From Thraustochytrium aureum (taxonomy: Eukaryota): DNA of 40,403 nucleotides. Positions 9,799 through 20,615 of this stretch are shown in pieces (position 1 is the first letter of the stretch; each line of letters begins with the position of its first letter). The notes under the pieces were generated by a model. That model did not search any database, was not told the DNA's origin, and was given only the letters and a program-made list of their open reading frames with translations. The stretch covers positions 1 to 40,403 of the forward strand of contig BLSG01000157.1 in assembly GCA_012862495.1 (NCBI GenBank), in the 5' to 3' direction. Made by a program: the position numbers and the translations under genes.

Positions 9799-12700
9799 CA
9801 AGACGAGAGGAGCAGCGCGGCGCCGGGAGAAACGCCTGCGCCCAAGGCTCAGTCCGGCAAGCGACGCAAGACCTACAAGAAGGCGCAGAACAGCAAAACC
9901 GCGAACCGAAGCAGCGGCGATGCGTCGGCCCCCGCCAGCACGGCTCCTGAGGCGACGCAAGGAGAGGGCGATGGCGACGAAAACCTAAGCGAGATGGAGC
10001 GCGACCTACGAGAGGCCGAGGCCATGGACGCCACGCAAGAATCTGAGGAAGAGGAGGAGCCAAAGAGCGACGACCGGGCCTCGGCAGCGAGGCAAGACAC
10101 AAAGACGCAGGAGGCGCCGCGCGCCACGGCCCCAGAGAGCGGCATGCAAGCGGACGACGGAGCAAAAAAAGGCGAGACCGCCACCAACGACGAGGACGCC
10201 GACATGGAGCTCGAAAGCCAGCTGCGCGAATTCGAAGAATCGGAAGCTGCAGAGGAAATGTCAAATCGCGAGATGCGCGACAGCCAGAGCCTGGCCGAAG
10301 ACAAAGCGAGCGCCCAGGGCCCAGCTGGCCCTTCGCCACTGCACACACCAATGAACGTGCGCCGCAGAACGGAGCTTGCAGCCCACTGCCCGGGACGCTG
10401 TGCACTGGCTCTGAGCAGAAGCGGCAAACACGTTGTGACCGGGGGCGGCGACGCCTTCATCAAGGTCTTTGAGATGCTTCGTTCCGAGCCACCCGGCGCT
10501 CCGGAAAGCTCTATCGACTTGACGGATGAGGTGCTCTGTCTCGACGCCCATCCCTCCAAGGACGAGGTCGTCTATGCAGACCCGAACGGCAACGTACAGC
10601 TGATCGGCCTGCCCCAAGGCCAAGCCATTGACCTGCTGTGCCGCCTCCCTGGTCCCGCCCGAAGCGTGGCCTTCAGCCCCGATGGAACACGCGTCGCCGT
10701 TGGAACCACAGAGCACACGGTTCGCATCCTCACCCTCGACAGCGAAACGGCCCCGAAAGAGATGAAAGGCCACCTCGGCGCGCTTCGATCCGTGTCGTGG
10801 GACCCAAGCGGCGGGCTTATCATCTCCACTTCGACGGATGGAACGGCCCGAGTCTGGCAAGCAGAATCGGCAACCTGTGTGTACACTTTCGAAGATGCTC
10901 TCGAGCGCAACAGGAGCGAGGCGCTTGAGGAAAAGCAAGTCGGAATCCCTGCCTGGTCCGGGGACGGCGAGGTCCTCGCACTCCCCGGCAAGCCATACGT
11001 TCGCCTTTTCATGCGCGGCGCGTGGGCGGCGCCAAGCATCGACGTCAAGACCGGCAAGGTCTCGGCCGTTAGCGCTGTCTCGTTTTCTCCGAACGGGGCC
11101 TACCTCGCGGCAAGCACTGTCGCTGGAGACCTCGTCGTGATCGACGTTGAGAAGCGAGAGGTTGTCGTGGATCTCGCAGAGTCCATGGGCTACACCGGCG
11201 CCGCCGTGCAGGCAATGCGCTGGCTTCCGAAGCACAACGTGCTCGTCGCCCTGAGCATGGAGGGCGAGCTGCACGAGTTCCAGCTGGTCATCCCAGAGTC
11301 GTTCGGGAAACCGCCGGTCGCTGCCGCAGAGGCCGCGGTTCAGGGGCGGCAAGGCACTGAGCAAAACGAGGAGCGGCTTGATCAGACGAGCGCCCTTGTT
11401 GAGACGCGCGCGGAGGCGCGCGAAGAGGTCGACTTTGGCGACCAGGATGACGATGACGACGAGCGAGACGACGAGGACGGGGCCGCGCGCCAATCTGCCG
11501 GCCGGCACGGCATCACGCGTGCCGAAGGCGTCTCGCATGAACAGCTGGACCAGCGGATCGCGGCGGCCGTCGCTAAAAAGCTAGCCGAGCGCCCTGTGCG
11601 ACAACCGGCGTTCCAATCTGGCGCGGGCGGGGAGACCGGCGAGGACCGCACGTTTCTTGTCTGGAATGCCACAGGGTCGATTGTGGCGCGTGCAGAAGAC
11701 ACACACAACTCCATCGAGATCGAGTTTGCCGACAGCAAGAACAGGTCGCTGCGCTTCACGGATCATTTTGGCTTCGAAATGGCCGCGCTCTCAGAGACTG
11801 GCGCCATTTTCGCAACACGCGGCTCGTTCGATGTCGCTTCAAGCGATCGTTACGGCTCGCGCCAGGCAGACCCCGCGCGTCCGAGCGACGGCAACCCTGC
11901 AGTCGACGACGTAGACTGGGAGCCCGCAGCCGTCGTTGCTGCTCGGGACGCGGCTGCCAAGGGCGGCAGCAACCACACTGACGCAGACCTGCGCGGCCGA
12001 TCTATCCTTGCCGCTGCTATGGAGGCCGCCGAGCTGGCAGAGGAGCACGGTGTCGCCGTCGATGCCAGCGACGGGGACGGGGAGACGGGACCCGCCGGCA
12101 TGTCCGAGGCCGAGCTGTATGGCGAGGCGTCCGTGGTGTTTTTCCGCCCAGTCAACTCGTGGGGACAACGCCGGCGAGTGGACGCTGCGGCTCCCAGCGA
12201 AGGAGAAGGCGCGGTGCGTGGCTGCGGGCGGCTCGTTTTGCGCAGTTGCTACTAGCCGCCGAACGCTCCGCGTGTTCCGGCCAAGCGGGCTGCAAGAGGC
12301 GCCGATCGTCCTTCCCGGCCCGGTCGTGGGCCTCGCGGGCGCTGGCACGCTGCTCTTTGCTGCTTATCACATTTCAGAGCCTTTCGAGAACGGCACGCAG
12401 CGCATCGGATTCACCCTGTTCAACATTGGCGGCGAGGACATTGTCGGTGGCGGCATTGCAGCGTCTCTGGCTACCGGGGTCATCCCGCTGCCGGTGCGCG
12501 AGCCCAAGCCTCTCCGCTGGCTCAGCATGGCAGACAAGAGCATGGGGTTCATGCCCGTTTGCATTGATAGCAACGGGATGTTACTCGGGCTCTCGTGCGC
12601 CATGCAGTGGTCTTGGGTTCCGCTGCTGGACACGGCCGAGTTGAGCAAGAGGAAGGACGCCAAGCAAACGCGTGCAGCCGGCCATCGGCTTTGGCCCGTC

Positions 12701-13001
12701 AGCGTTCAGCTGAGCAAGCTGATGGCGGTCCACCTCAAGCCTGGGGCTGCCGGCCCGCTGACCTTCCCACGCCCCGTTCTAGATTCCCATGCGCTCGAAA
12801 TCCCTCTTCTTGGGCTGCACGGCTCGACGGGCACGCTAAAGTTTCAGCTGGAAGAGGCTGCAGTGAAGAGCGGCCTGGTCCTCGAGCAACTCAAGTGGGC
12901 CCGCTCGGCAGGCATCGTTCGTTCTTTGGACGACGAGGACAGCAAGCTCAGGGAGGAGGAGGCGCAGCTGGACGCCAAGGTTCTCAAGCACGTCATCCTC
13001 G
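9610..13001 (+). CDS. WDHD1: Ctf4/AND-1 replisome adaptor (WD40 + SepB); frameshift at ~12162; 3' end lost in gap
   Basis: WD40 repeats, then SepB-type motifs 'QPAFQSGA', 'FLVWNATG', 'SIEIEF', 'SW[D]NAGEWTLRLP', 'AVATS..LRVF..SGLQ', 'WVPLLD', 'WPV', 'P..FPRP'. Confidence 0.9.
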
Positions 13002-13954
13002 NNNNNNNNNNNNNNNNNNNNNNNNNNNNNNNNNNNNNNNNNNNNNNNNNNNNNNNNNNNNNNNNNNNNNNNNNNNNNNNNNNNNNNNNNNNNNNNNNNN
13101 NNNNNNNNNNNNNNNNNNNNNNNNNNNNNNNNNNNNNNNNNNNNNNNNNNNNNNNNNNNNNNNNNNNNNNNNNNNNNNNNNNNNNNNNNNNNNNNNNNNN
13201 NNNNNNNNNNNNNNNNNNNNNNNNNNNNNNNNNNNNNNNNNNNNNNNNNNNNNNNNNNNNNNNNNNNNNNNNNNNNNNNNNNNNNNNNNNNNNNNNNNNN
13301 NNNNNNNNNNNNNNNNNNNNNNNNNNNNNNNNNNNNNNNNNNNNNNNNNNNNNNNNNNNNNNNNNNNNNNNNNNNNNNNNNNNNNNNNNNNNNNNNNNNN
13401 NNNNNNNNNNNNNNNNNNNNNNNNNNNNNNNNNNNNNNNNNNNNNNNNNNNNNNNNNNNNNNNNNNNNNNNNNNNNNNNNNNNNNNNNNNNNNNNNNNNN
13501 NNNNNNNNNNNNNNNNNNNNNNNNNNNNNNNNNNNNNNNNNNNNNNNNNNNNNNNNNNNNNNNNNNNNNNNNNNNNNNNNNNNNNNNNNNNNNNNNNNNN
13601 NNNNNNNNNNNNNNNNNNNNNNNNNNNNNNNNNNNNNNNNNNNNNNNNNNNNNNNNNNNNNNNNNNNNNNNNNNNNNNNNNNNNNNNNNNNNNNNNNNNN
13701 NNNNNNNNNNNNNNNNNNNNNNNNNNNNNNNNNNNNNNNNNNNNNNNNNNNNNNNNNNNNNNNNNNNNNNNNNNNNNNNNNNNNNNNNNNNNNNNNNNNN
13801 NNNNNNNTGAATGCCTTTCTCCCCTTCGTGCGCGAGCCGACACAGACACCCACCAACCACAAACCGACACCATCCACGCACATCTCGAAAAAGCACCTCG
13901 CAGTGTTGTGCGCGCAACAGCAAGCAAAACTGGCGAGATCGCATACACTCCAAA

Positions 13955-16459
13955 TCAGCCAGCGCTCCCCGCGCTTGTGCCTGAGCGCAGCGCCGCGCCC
14001 TTGTCGCGGTCTGGCCAGAGTGTCCTGAGCGCTGCGCACTCCTCAATAAACTGCGCAAAGGATGGGTACACTCGAGGCCCGTCGTTCGTGACAATCTGCA
14101 CTCCAGTGTATCCGTGCACTGGCGAAATGAGAGAATGGACAACGCGCCCCCCCGACTGCGTGATCGCCAAGGCAAGCTGCCCTGGACAACTCTCACTTAT
14201 GCGCACCATAAAGGTCCCCGCAGCACAGGGGCGCAGCTTTGCATTCACGGCCTCTTTCGAGACCAGGCCAAAGATGATGTGCGAGTCCCAGTACTTTGAA
14301 AACCGAGCAACCATGGCAAGCGTGGCAGCCGAGCCAGCCCCAGAAGGCCACGAGCGCCCGCCTGCAACCCAACTCTGAGGGCTCGACTGGCACGCGATAA
14401 AGGACTGTCCGCATCCGCTCAATGTCGTCCGCCGAGAGCCGTCGCTCTACTCGACGTGGAGCGTACAGGGTGGCTTCGAGCACGGCACGGATCTCGTCGC
14501 GCACGTGTGGCCACAGGTCGGGAAACGATCCGGGGCCACCCGCAACAATGCGGTTGAACAACGCTTCGAAACGAGCTGGTTCCCAAGAAACGGCAGGGCG
14601 CGATTCGATAGAGCCGCCGTGCGACGCCGTCACGACTGAAGCGCTAAATGGAAAGCCCTGAGAGGTTGCAGAATACGACCCCGACGAAGTTGCCGACACT
14701 GTTGAGGCCACCGACGCTGCGCGCTCGACCGGCGCAGGCTGGCCAGGGACGGGGTCCGCGATCGCAGAGCGGGCCGGGGGCGGCGGCGAAGCGCCCCCGG
14801 GCAGGACCGAGATCAGACCTGCAGAGCCGCTAGTGGTTCTCCTCGGCCCGCGCTCACGCTCGACCCGCTTGCCAGCCAGCGAGCTCGCAGCCTCGCAGGC
14901 CTCCGCGTGCAGTTCGTTAAGGTTCTCCGCCCCAGCTTCTCGGCAATGAGGCCCAGGACAACAGGATGGCCGGCGCAGGCGCGGAGCACGGGGTGCTTGG
15001 CGAGCTGGTTGAGTCGCTGCGCGTGCGACATGTGCCGGAGAAGCGCAGCGGACGCACCGTTCATTATTTCGCCGTCCGACAACTGGCGCGGGCTGATCCG
15101 CGCCAAGAGCAGAGCCGCATGCGCGTCGCTGAGGGCGCCAACCTCGAGTGAAGCCTGCTGAATGCGCGCCCCGCTCACCGCGAGGGCGACCCTGGACGTG
15201 CAGATAACCGACACTGCCGGAGCATGGTCCAGCAATGCCTCGACAAAGTTGTGCAGAAGAACCCACGAACCAGCCCCTGCAACGTCGCAGTCTGCGAACT
15301 GGTCGCAACCGTCGAGCACGATGAAGAGCGGGCCGGGACACGGACAGGCTTTGCTCTCGGCATAGGCTTGAATGGCACCGAACAGTTCTTGCTCGGACTG
15401 CGCGGAGCCAATGCCGCTCCCGGCTGGAGCGCGGGACCGCACAGACTTCCACAGATGGTCCCTGAGCGCAGAGTCTCCAGCGCGTGCTGCCTGGTGGCGC
15501 TGCAACGGCACAAAATATGCGCCTTTGCAGTGACGGCGCTCGCAAAGAAATTCGCAGAGGCAAGCCGCGCAGGATGTCTTGCCGATGCCCTTCTGGCCCT
15601 GAAGGGTCAGCCAGCGGGCCGGTCGCTCAGGGTCCAGCAGCGCACGGACCGCGGCCTGCATGAGGACGCGCCGGCCCACGAACTTTGACGTGACTCGGGG
15701 GCAGGCGCTCAGGGGCCGGGCGACACTTTCATCGATAAAGTCGCCGGTCTGGACGGCCTGGAAGATGTGCACGTCGTGATCCACAGCTCCGTCTTGAGGC
15801 AAGAGGAGGAACTTTTTGCGCTGTCGATCTCGCCAAGCGTCGTCCCGGCCCGGCGTGAGCTGAATGCAGTTGTGCGCGTGCGTGAACGCGCCTTGCACGG
15901 TCTCGCCTGCAAGCAGGGCGGAGTAAAACTTGACAGCAAACTCGCTCGGGAACCTTGTCGGCAACTTGAACATCTCGGCGCACGGCGACGACGTGGGGCA
16001 CGCCGGCCTGGACAAAGACGTTGCCCGTGTCCTGAGAAAAGCAGGCAGAAACAAAACGAGCTTGGTGCCGCTTCCGGCGCCCTCGAGCATGGCGTGCAGG
16101 TCCCTCGTGCTGAGCCGATCGAGGCTGCCGAAGGCGTCCTCCAAGGCGAGGAAGCCGTCTGGAAACCCGTGGCCAGTAAAGTGTATCACGTCAGGCCCGG
16201 GCGCGGTCGCTTCCTCCAGCCCGCCGTCGCCGTGCCCGCTGAGCAGGCGCTGCAGCTCGGCACGGCTAGCGACGCTAAACCGCAGGCGCACCTCCTTGGC
16301 GTTGTCCTCGAACATGGCGCAAAACTCGTCGCATTCGCGCTGCACGTTGAGGGCCTCGAGTTCCTCCACGGACTCGACGACGCGGCCATCGCCTCCGCGC
16401 TGCGTCAGCGGCGAGGCAAACAAATACGCAAACAGCGGCCTGTGCGGTTGCGCCGCCAT
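13955..16459 (-). CDS. CHAT (caspase-like) peptidase - STAND/NB-ARC-like NTPase - STAT-type SH2 fusion protein, reconstructed across 4 indels (~830 aa)
   Basis: CHAT: 'IHFTGHG' and, after 1-nt repair, 'LVFVSAC'. NTPase: 'FVGR', Walker A 'GQKGIGKT', Walker B 'LFIVLDGCD', 'ICTSR', 'CAGHPVVLGLIA'. SH2: 'FWGWL...KYWDSHIIFGLVSK...GTFMVRISESCPGQLALA'. Confidence 0.75.
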
Positions 16460-17432
16460 CCCGGCCGCTCGCTCGCTCGGGCAGGGCAGGGCAGCGCTTC
16501 GAGCTCGCGTCCACTGCGCTGCGTCCGAGCAGGCCTTTCCGGCAGGGGCAGCAAGGCGCCCTCTCGCGACGCGCGCGCCTGCCTNNNNNNNNNNNNNNNN
16601 NNNNNNNNNNNNNNNNNNNNNNNNNNNNNNNNNNNNNNNNNNNNNNNNNNNNNNNNNNNNNNNNNNNNNNNNNNNNNNNNNNNNNNNNNNNNNNNNNNNN
16701 NNNNNNNNNNNNNNNNNNNNNNNNNNNNNNNNNNNNNNNNNNNNNNNNNNNNNNNNNNNNNNNNNNNNNNNNNNNNNNNNNNNNNNNNNNNNNNGAGACT
16801 GTTCTGCGCGGGTCGATGCTCTACTCTGGCGTTCTGGTAGCGCCAGCAGGCCGTTTTCGCATGGATGAACGAGAGCCCGCATCGCGGCCAATCCACCCAG
16901 GTGTTGCTTGCTGCGCCGGGCGCGGAGTGAGGCCCTCTGCGGTGCGAGCCAAGCCGCCCCGACCCGCTTTGGTTGGTGGCTTGGATGGACGGATGGTTGG
17001 ATGGTGAAATGGTTTCGAGAATTTCTGGGCCTGCCTCAGGCTGCCTGTTGTGGGCTCAGAGCGCTCTAGCAGTCCGCCCCGGTCCGGCCCGCCTTGGCTT
17101 TGGATGGGGGGCCGTCGCGGCGGCGTCCGAGTTTCTGCGGGAAAAGGTTCGTCTAGCTAGCGAGAGAGTCCTGTTTCGGTGCTTTGCTCCTTTGGGTGGT
17201 TGATCGCGCGCTCGTGTGCTGCTAACGCACGCACCGATGTGCACGCGCTTGCGCTTTTCGCGCGGTGTGGCTCTGCGCAGTTTCGGCCTTGCGAGCATCC
17301 ATCGCATGATAGCTTCGTTGGCCTGCGAGAAGATGGCCTGCGAGAAGATCTCACAGGCACTCTGCACGGTGTCTACAATCTGATCTGAATTCGGATGACC
17401 TGCGTCCTCACTACACCCAAAGTGCGCAAGGC

Positions 17433-18752
17433 TTACCCCAGCCGCTTCGGGCCGGAAGCTTTGCCCTTCTTGCGCGGGTCACTCGCCGACGCTTCGTCCA
17501 TGAGCTCTTTAGGCTTGACGGGAACAATCTTGCCAGTTCGCTCGAGCTCGTCTCGAAAGTAGGCAATCGTTTTGCGAAGCCCATCGCGGACGTTGGTCTT
17601 GGGCTGCCACATGAGCTCGCGGCGCGCCACCGTTATGTCTGGCTTGCGCCTCGTTGGGTCATCTTCCGTTCCCTTGAGGTATTCGATTCGAACGTCAGAG
17701 CCGATGAGCTCTTTAACCATATCGGCAAGCTCTTTGATGGTGTACTCGTCAGGGTTGCCCAGGTTGACCGGCAGGTCGTAGTCGGAGTTCATGAGCTTGA
17801 TGAGCCCGGAGACAAGATCGTCAACGTACTGAAAGGACCGTGTCTGAGAGCCGTCGCCGTAGATGGTTATTGGCTTGCCCTGGAGGGCCTGGATGATAAA
17901 GTTGGACACAACGCGGCCGTCGAGGCTGTTCATGGACTCGCCATAGGTGTTGAAGATTCGGGCAACGCGGACTTGCACGTTGCTCTGCGACTTGTAGGCG
18001 TACATCATCGTCTCTGCCACGCGCTTGCCTTCGTCGTAGCAGGCGCGCGGCCCGATTGTGTTGACGTTTCCGCGGTAGGTCTCTTTCTGTGGATGCTCGA
18101 GCGGGTCGCCATAGATCTCGCTCGTTGACGTGAGCAGTATACGCGCGTTGACGCGCTTGGCAAGGCCGAGCATGTTGATTGTCCCAAGCGTGGAAGTCTT
18201 GAGGGTCCTGATCGGGTTTTCCTGGTAGTGAGGAGGGCTCGCCGGGCAAGCCAGATGGTAGATCTGGTCCACCTCGAGCATGTACGGCTCGATCACATCG
18301 TGGTGAATGAGTTCAAAATTTGGGTGCCCAATCCACTGCTCGACGTTTCGCCGGCGGCCGGTGAAGAAATTGTCCAGCACGTACACGATGTGGCCCTGGC
18401 GCATCAGCTCGCTCGTGAGGTGCGACCCCACGAAGCCTGCGCCGCCCGTAATCAGGATTCGCTTCTGGTCCATGGAGTGAATGTTGGCAACCGGAGGGAA
18501 TACAGTCTTTCCAGCGTCCACGCTAATCGCCTTGATTCGCGCTTCCAGGGCCTTATCCACCAGGCTTTCAACTTCTTCGGGAGACAGCGCGACATTCCGG
18601 GGCATGCTTCCTAGGCCACCATATTCTGTGGGCACGGGCGCGTTCGACTGAAGCACGAACAGACCAACCGCCAACAGCACGGCGCCGAGCCCGCACAACT
18701 TCAGCAACCCTTGCCTTCCCGAGACGTCTGTCAGCCCCGCCCTGCTTGCCAT
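17433..18752 (-). CDS. UXS1: UDP-glucuronate decarboxylase (UDP-xylose synthase), membrane-anchored type
   Basis: 'ILITGGAGFVGSHL', 'IYHLACPASPPHYQ', 'STSEIYGDP', 'CYDEGKR', 'DGRVVSNFI', 'QTRSFQYV', plus an N-terminal TM segment. Confidence 0.96.
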   Translation of the reverse strand: MASRAGLTDVSGRQGLLKLCGLGAVLLAVGLFVLQSNAPVPTEYGGLGSMPRNVALSPEEVESLVDKALEARIKAISVDAGKTVFPPVANIHSMDQKRILITGGAGFVGSHLTSELMRQGHIVYVLDNFFTGRRRNVEQWIGHPNFELIHHDVIEPYMLEVDQIYHLACPASPPHYQENPIRTLKTSTLGTINMLGLAKRVNARILLTSTSEIYGDPLEHPQKETYRGNVNTIGPRACYDEGKRVAETMMYAYKSQSNVQVRVARIFNTYGESMNSLDGRVVSNFIIQALQGKPITIYGDGSQTRSFQYVDDLVSGLIKLMNSDYDLPVNLGNPDEYTIKELADMVKELIGSDVRIEYLKGTEDDPTRRKPDITVARRELMWQPKTNVRDGLRKTIAYFRDELERTGKIVPVKPKELMDEASASDPRKKGKASGPKRLG

Positions 18753-19174
18753 CACTCCTGTGCCCTTTTACCACGAGGCCGCGGAGGTTTCACCGCCCTC
18801 GGCTCTGGGCGACGTCCAGTACCGGCAAGCGCTTGCACGTCCACAGCGCGGCTGATGACAGGCTGACGAGGCACCGGCAAAGGCGTCTGTCGCTGGCGAG
18901 CACGGAACGAATTCTTCCTTGATCAAGAGGAATTATTCGTGATCATTTCTCTTGATTGAAAGAAGGAATGGTAATTCTTCACTTTCCGAGGAACACAGAT
19001 GCTTTGGCGGACAGTTCTGGGCGCGTCCGAGACCGAGTCCGACGAGTTTGTTCATCGCAGTCCGAGCTCGACGAGCCTGCCAGATCCCAATCGCCAATCC
19101 CCAACATCCAATCAGGAAGCAATCAAGCAATCAGGAAGGATAGATCAGTTCAGTTCAGGACAGCTCGCGGAAAC

Positions 19175-19450
19175 ATGGGCGTCATCGACTTCGTTCGCGA
19201 CACTACAAACTCGGCCGCCGAGACCGTCAGCAACACTGCGAGCAGCGCCGTCGAGTTCACCACAGATACTGCCAACAAGGTGGTATCTGGGGCGTCGGAA
19301 ATTGCGTCCGATGCTGCCAACAAGGCCACAGATGTGGTGCACGATGTAACCAACACTGTTGCAGGCACTGCGGAGAACGCTGTGGACACCACGTCTGAAA
19401 AGGCCACGGAAGCGAAGGACGCCGTCAAGGACGCGGCCAGCAGCAACTAA
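19175..19450 (+). CDS. small hydrophilic LEA-like protein with ~11-aa repeats
   Basis: 91-aa Ala/Thr/Asp/Val-rich ORF with ~11-residue periodicity (e.g. 'TTDTANKVVSG', 'ASDAANKATDV'). No W, C or P. Confidence 0.6.
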   Translation: MGVIDFVRDTTNSAAETVSNTASSAVEFTTDTANKVVSGASEIASDAANKATDVVHDVTNTVAGTAENAVDTTSEKATEAKDAVKDAASSN

Positions 19451-19471
19451 CGCTTTGCAATTCAAATCGAA

Positions 19472-19624
19472 GCCGAAGCTAAAACACAGTCAACTCGCCG
19501 AAGCTAAACCGAGGCAACTCGCGGAAGCTGACCCACAGTCAACTCGCCGAAAAGCTAAACCACGGTCAGCTCGCCGAAAAGCTAAAACACAGTCAACTCG
19601 CCGACGCTAAAACACAGTCAACTC
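19472..19624. repeat. minisatellite, 6 copies of a 24-27 bp unit (consensus GCCGAAGCTAAAACACAGTCAACTC)
   Basis: Units read directly, starting at 19472, 19497, 19521, 19546, 19573 and 19600. Confidence 0.9.
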
Positions 19625-19673
19625 ACTACTTTTCAGCTCGAGTTCCGCTCGCGGGCCATTCCGCCACAGAGCT

Positions 19674-20615
19674 CTATCGACCGGCGACAACCTGCCTGCC
19701 TGCCGCTGCAAGGGCGTGCCGCTCGCTCGAGTCTCGCCCGCTCAGCGCCAGCTGCGCTTCCGCGCTCTCCCGGCGCGCTGTGTCAAGCGCGCGCATCAAG
19801 GTGTCCACGTTTCCAGTCGCCTCTTGCAAGCGCAACGTCTTGGTCTGCGCGGAAGCGACGAGCTGCGCGATCCTGTCTTCAGCAGCTCCGAGCTTGGTTA
19901 GCAGCGCGGTCTGGTCTNNNNNNNNNNNNNNNNNNNNNNNNNNNNNNNNNNNNNNNNNNNNNNNNNNNNNNNNNNNNNNNNNNNNNNNNNNNNNNNNNNN
20001 NNNNNNNNNNNNNNNNNNNNNNNNNNNNNNNNNNNNNNNNNNNNNNNNNNNNNNNNNNNNNNNNNNNNNNNNNNNNNNNNNNNNNNNNNNNNNNNNNNNN
20101 NNNNNNNNNNNNNNNNNNNNNNNNNNNNNNNNNNNNNNNNNNNNNNNNNNNNNNNNNNNNNNNNNNNNNNNNNNNNNNNNNNNNNNNNNNNNNNNNNNNN
20201 NNNNNNNNNNNNNNNNNNNNNNNNNNNNNNNNNNNNNNNNNNNNNNNNNNNNNNNNNNNNNNNNNNNNNNNNNNNNNNNNNNNNNNNNNNNNNNNNNNNN
20301 NNNNNNNNNNNNNNNNNNNNNNNNNNNNNNNNNNNNNNGGCCAAGCATCCCTCCAGACTCACCAGTCTCGCGCAGAACCGTGTCGCGCAGGTCTACGTCG
20401 GCGCCTTTCCTCAGCAATAGGCCCGCGGCGCTCTCGCTCCCTTGCATGCACGCCAAATGCAGCGCGCCCTGCCCGGACACTGGATGAAGCGCGTCCAAGC
20501 CATGGCTCCCGTGCTCCAGCAACTCCCTCAGCCTCTTGCAGTCGCCGCGCAGGGCTGCAGTCCAGGCGTCACAAAGCCGCGACATTGAAGGCCCCCAGAT
20601 CCCGATCTGTGCCAT
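19674..20615 (-). CDS. ankyrin-repeat protein with C-terminal coiled-coil; middle in N-gap; start uncertain
   Basis: 'WTAALRGDCKRLRELLEHG' and 'GQGALHLACMQGSESAAGLLLRKGADVDLRD' are ankyrin repeats. Heptad-like sequence follows the gap. Continuity across the gap is assumed. Confidence 0.65.
   Translation of the reverse strand: MAQIGIWGPSMSRLCDAWTAALRGDCKRLRELLEHGSHGLDALHPVSGQGALHLACMQGSESAAGLLLRKGADVDLRDTVLRETGESGGMLGXXXXXXXXXXXXXXXXXXXXXXXXXXXXXXXXXXXXXXXXXXXXXXXXXXXXXXXXXXXXXXXXXXXXXXXXXXXXXXXXXXXXXXXXXXXXXXXXXXXXXXXXXXXXXXXXXXXXXXXXXXXXXXXXXXXXXXXXXXXXXDQTALLTKLGAAEDRIAQLVASAQTKTLRLQEATGNVDTLMRALDTARRESAEAQLALSGRDSSERHALAAAGRQVVAGR

Noticed and set aside
13002..13807. ORFs running through N-gaps (also 6836-7003, 16585-16794, 19918-20338, 31654-32205, 36031-36258, 38162-38877)
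   Set aside because: ORF lengths are inflated by X residues, and gap sizes and frames are not reliable.
19472..19624. Repeat array as a CRISPR
   Set aside because: Units are contiguous with no unique spacers, there are no cas genes, and the context is eukaryotic.
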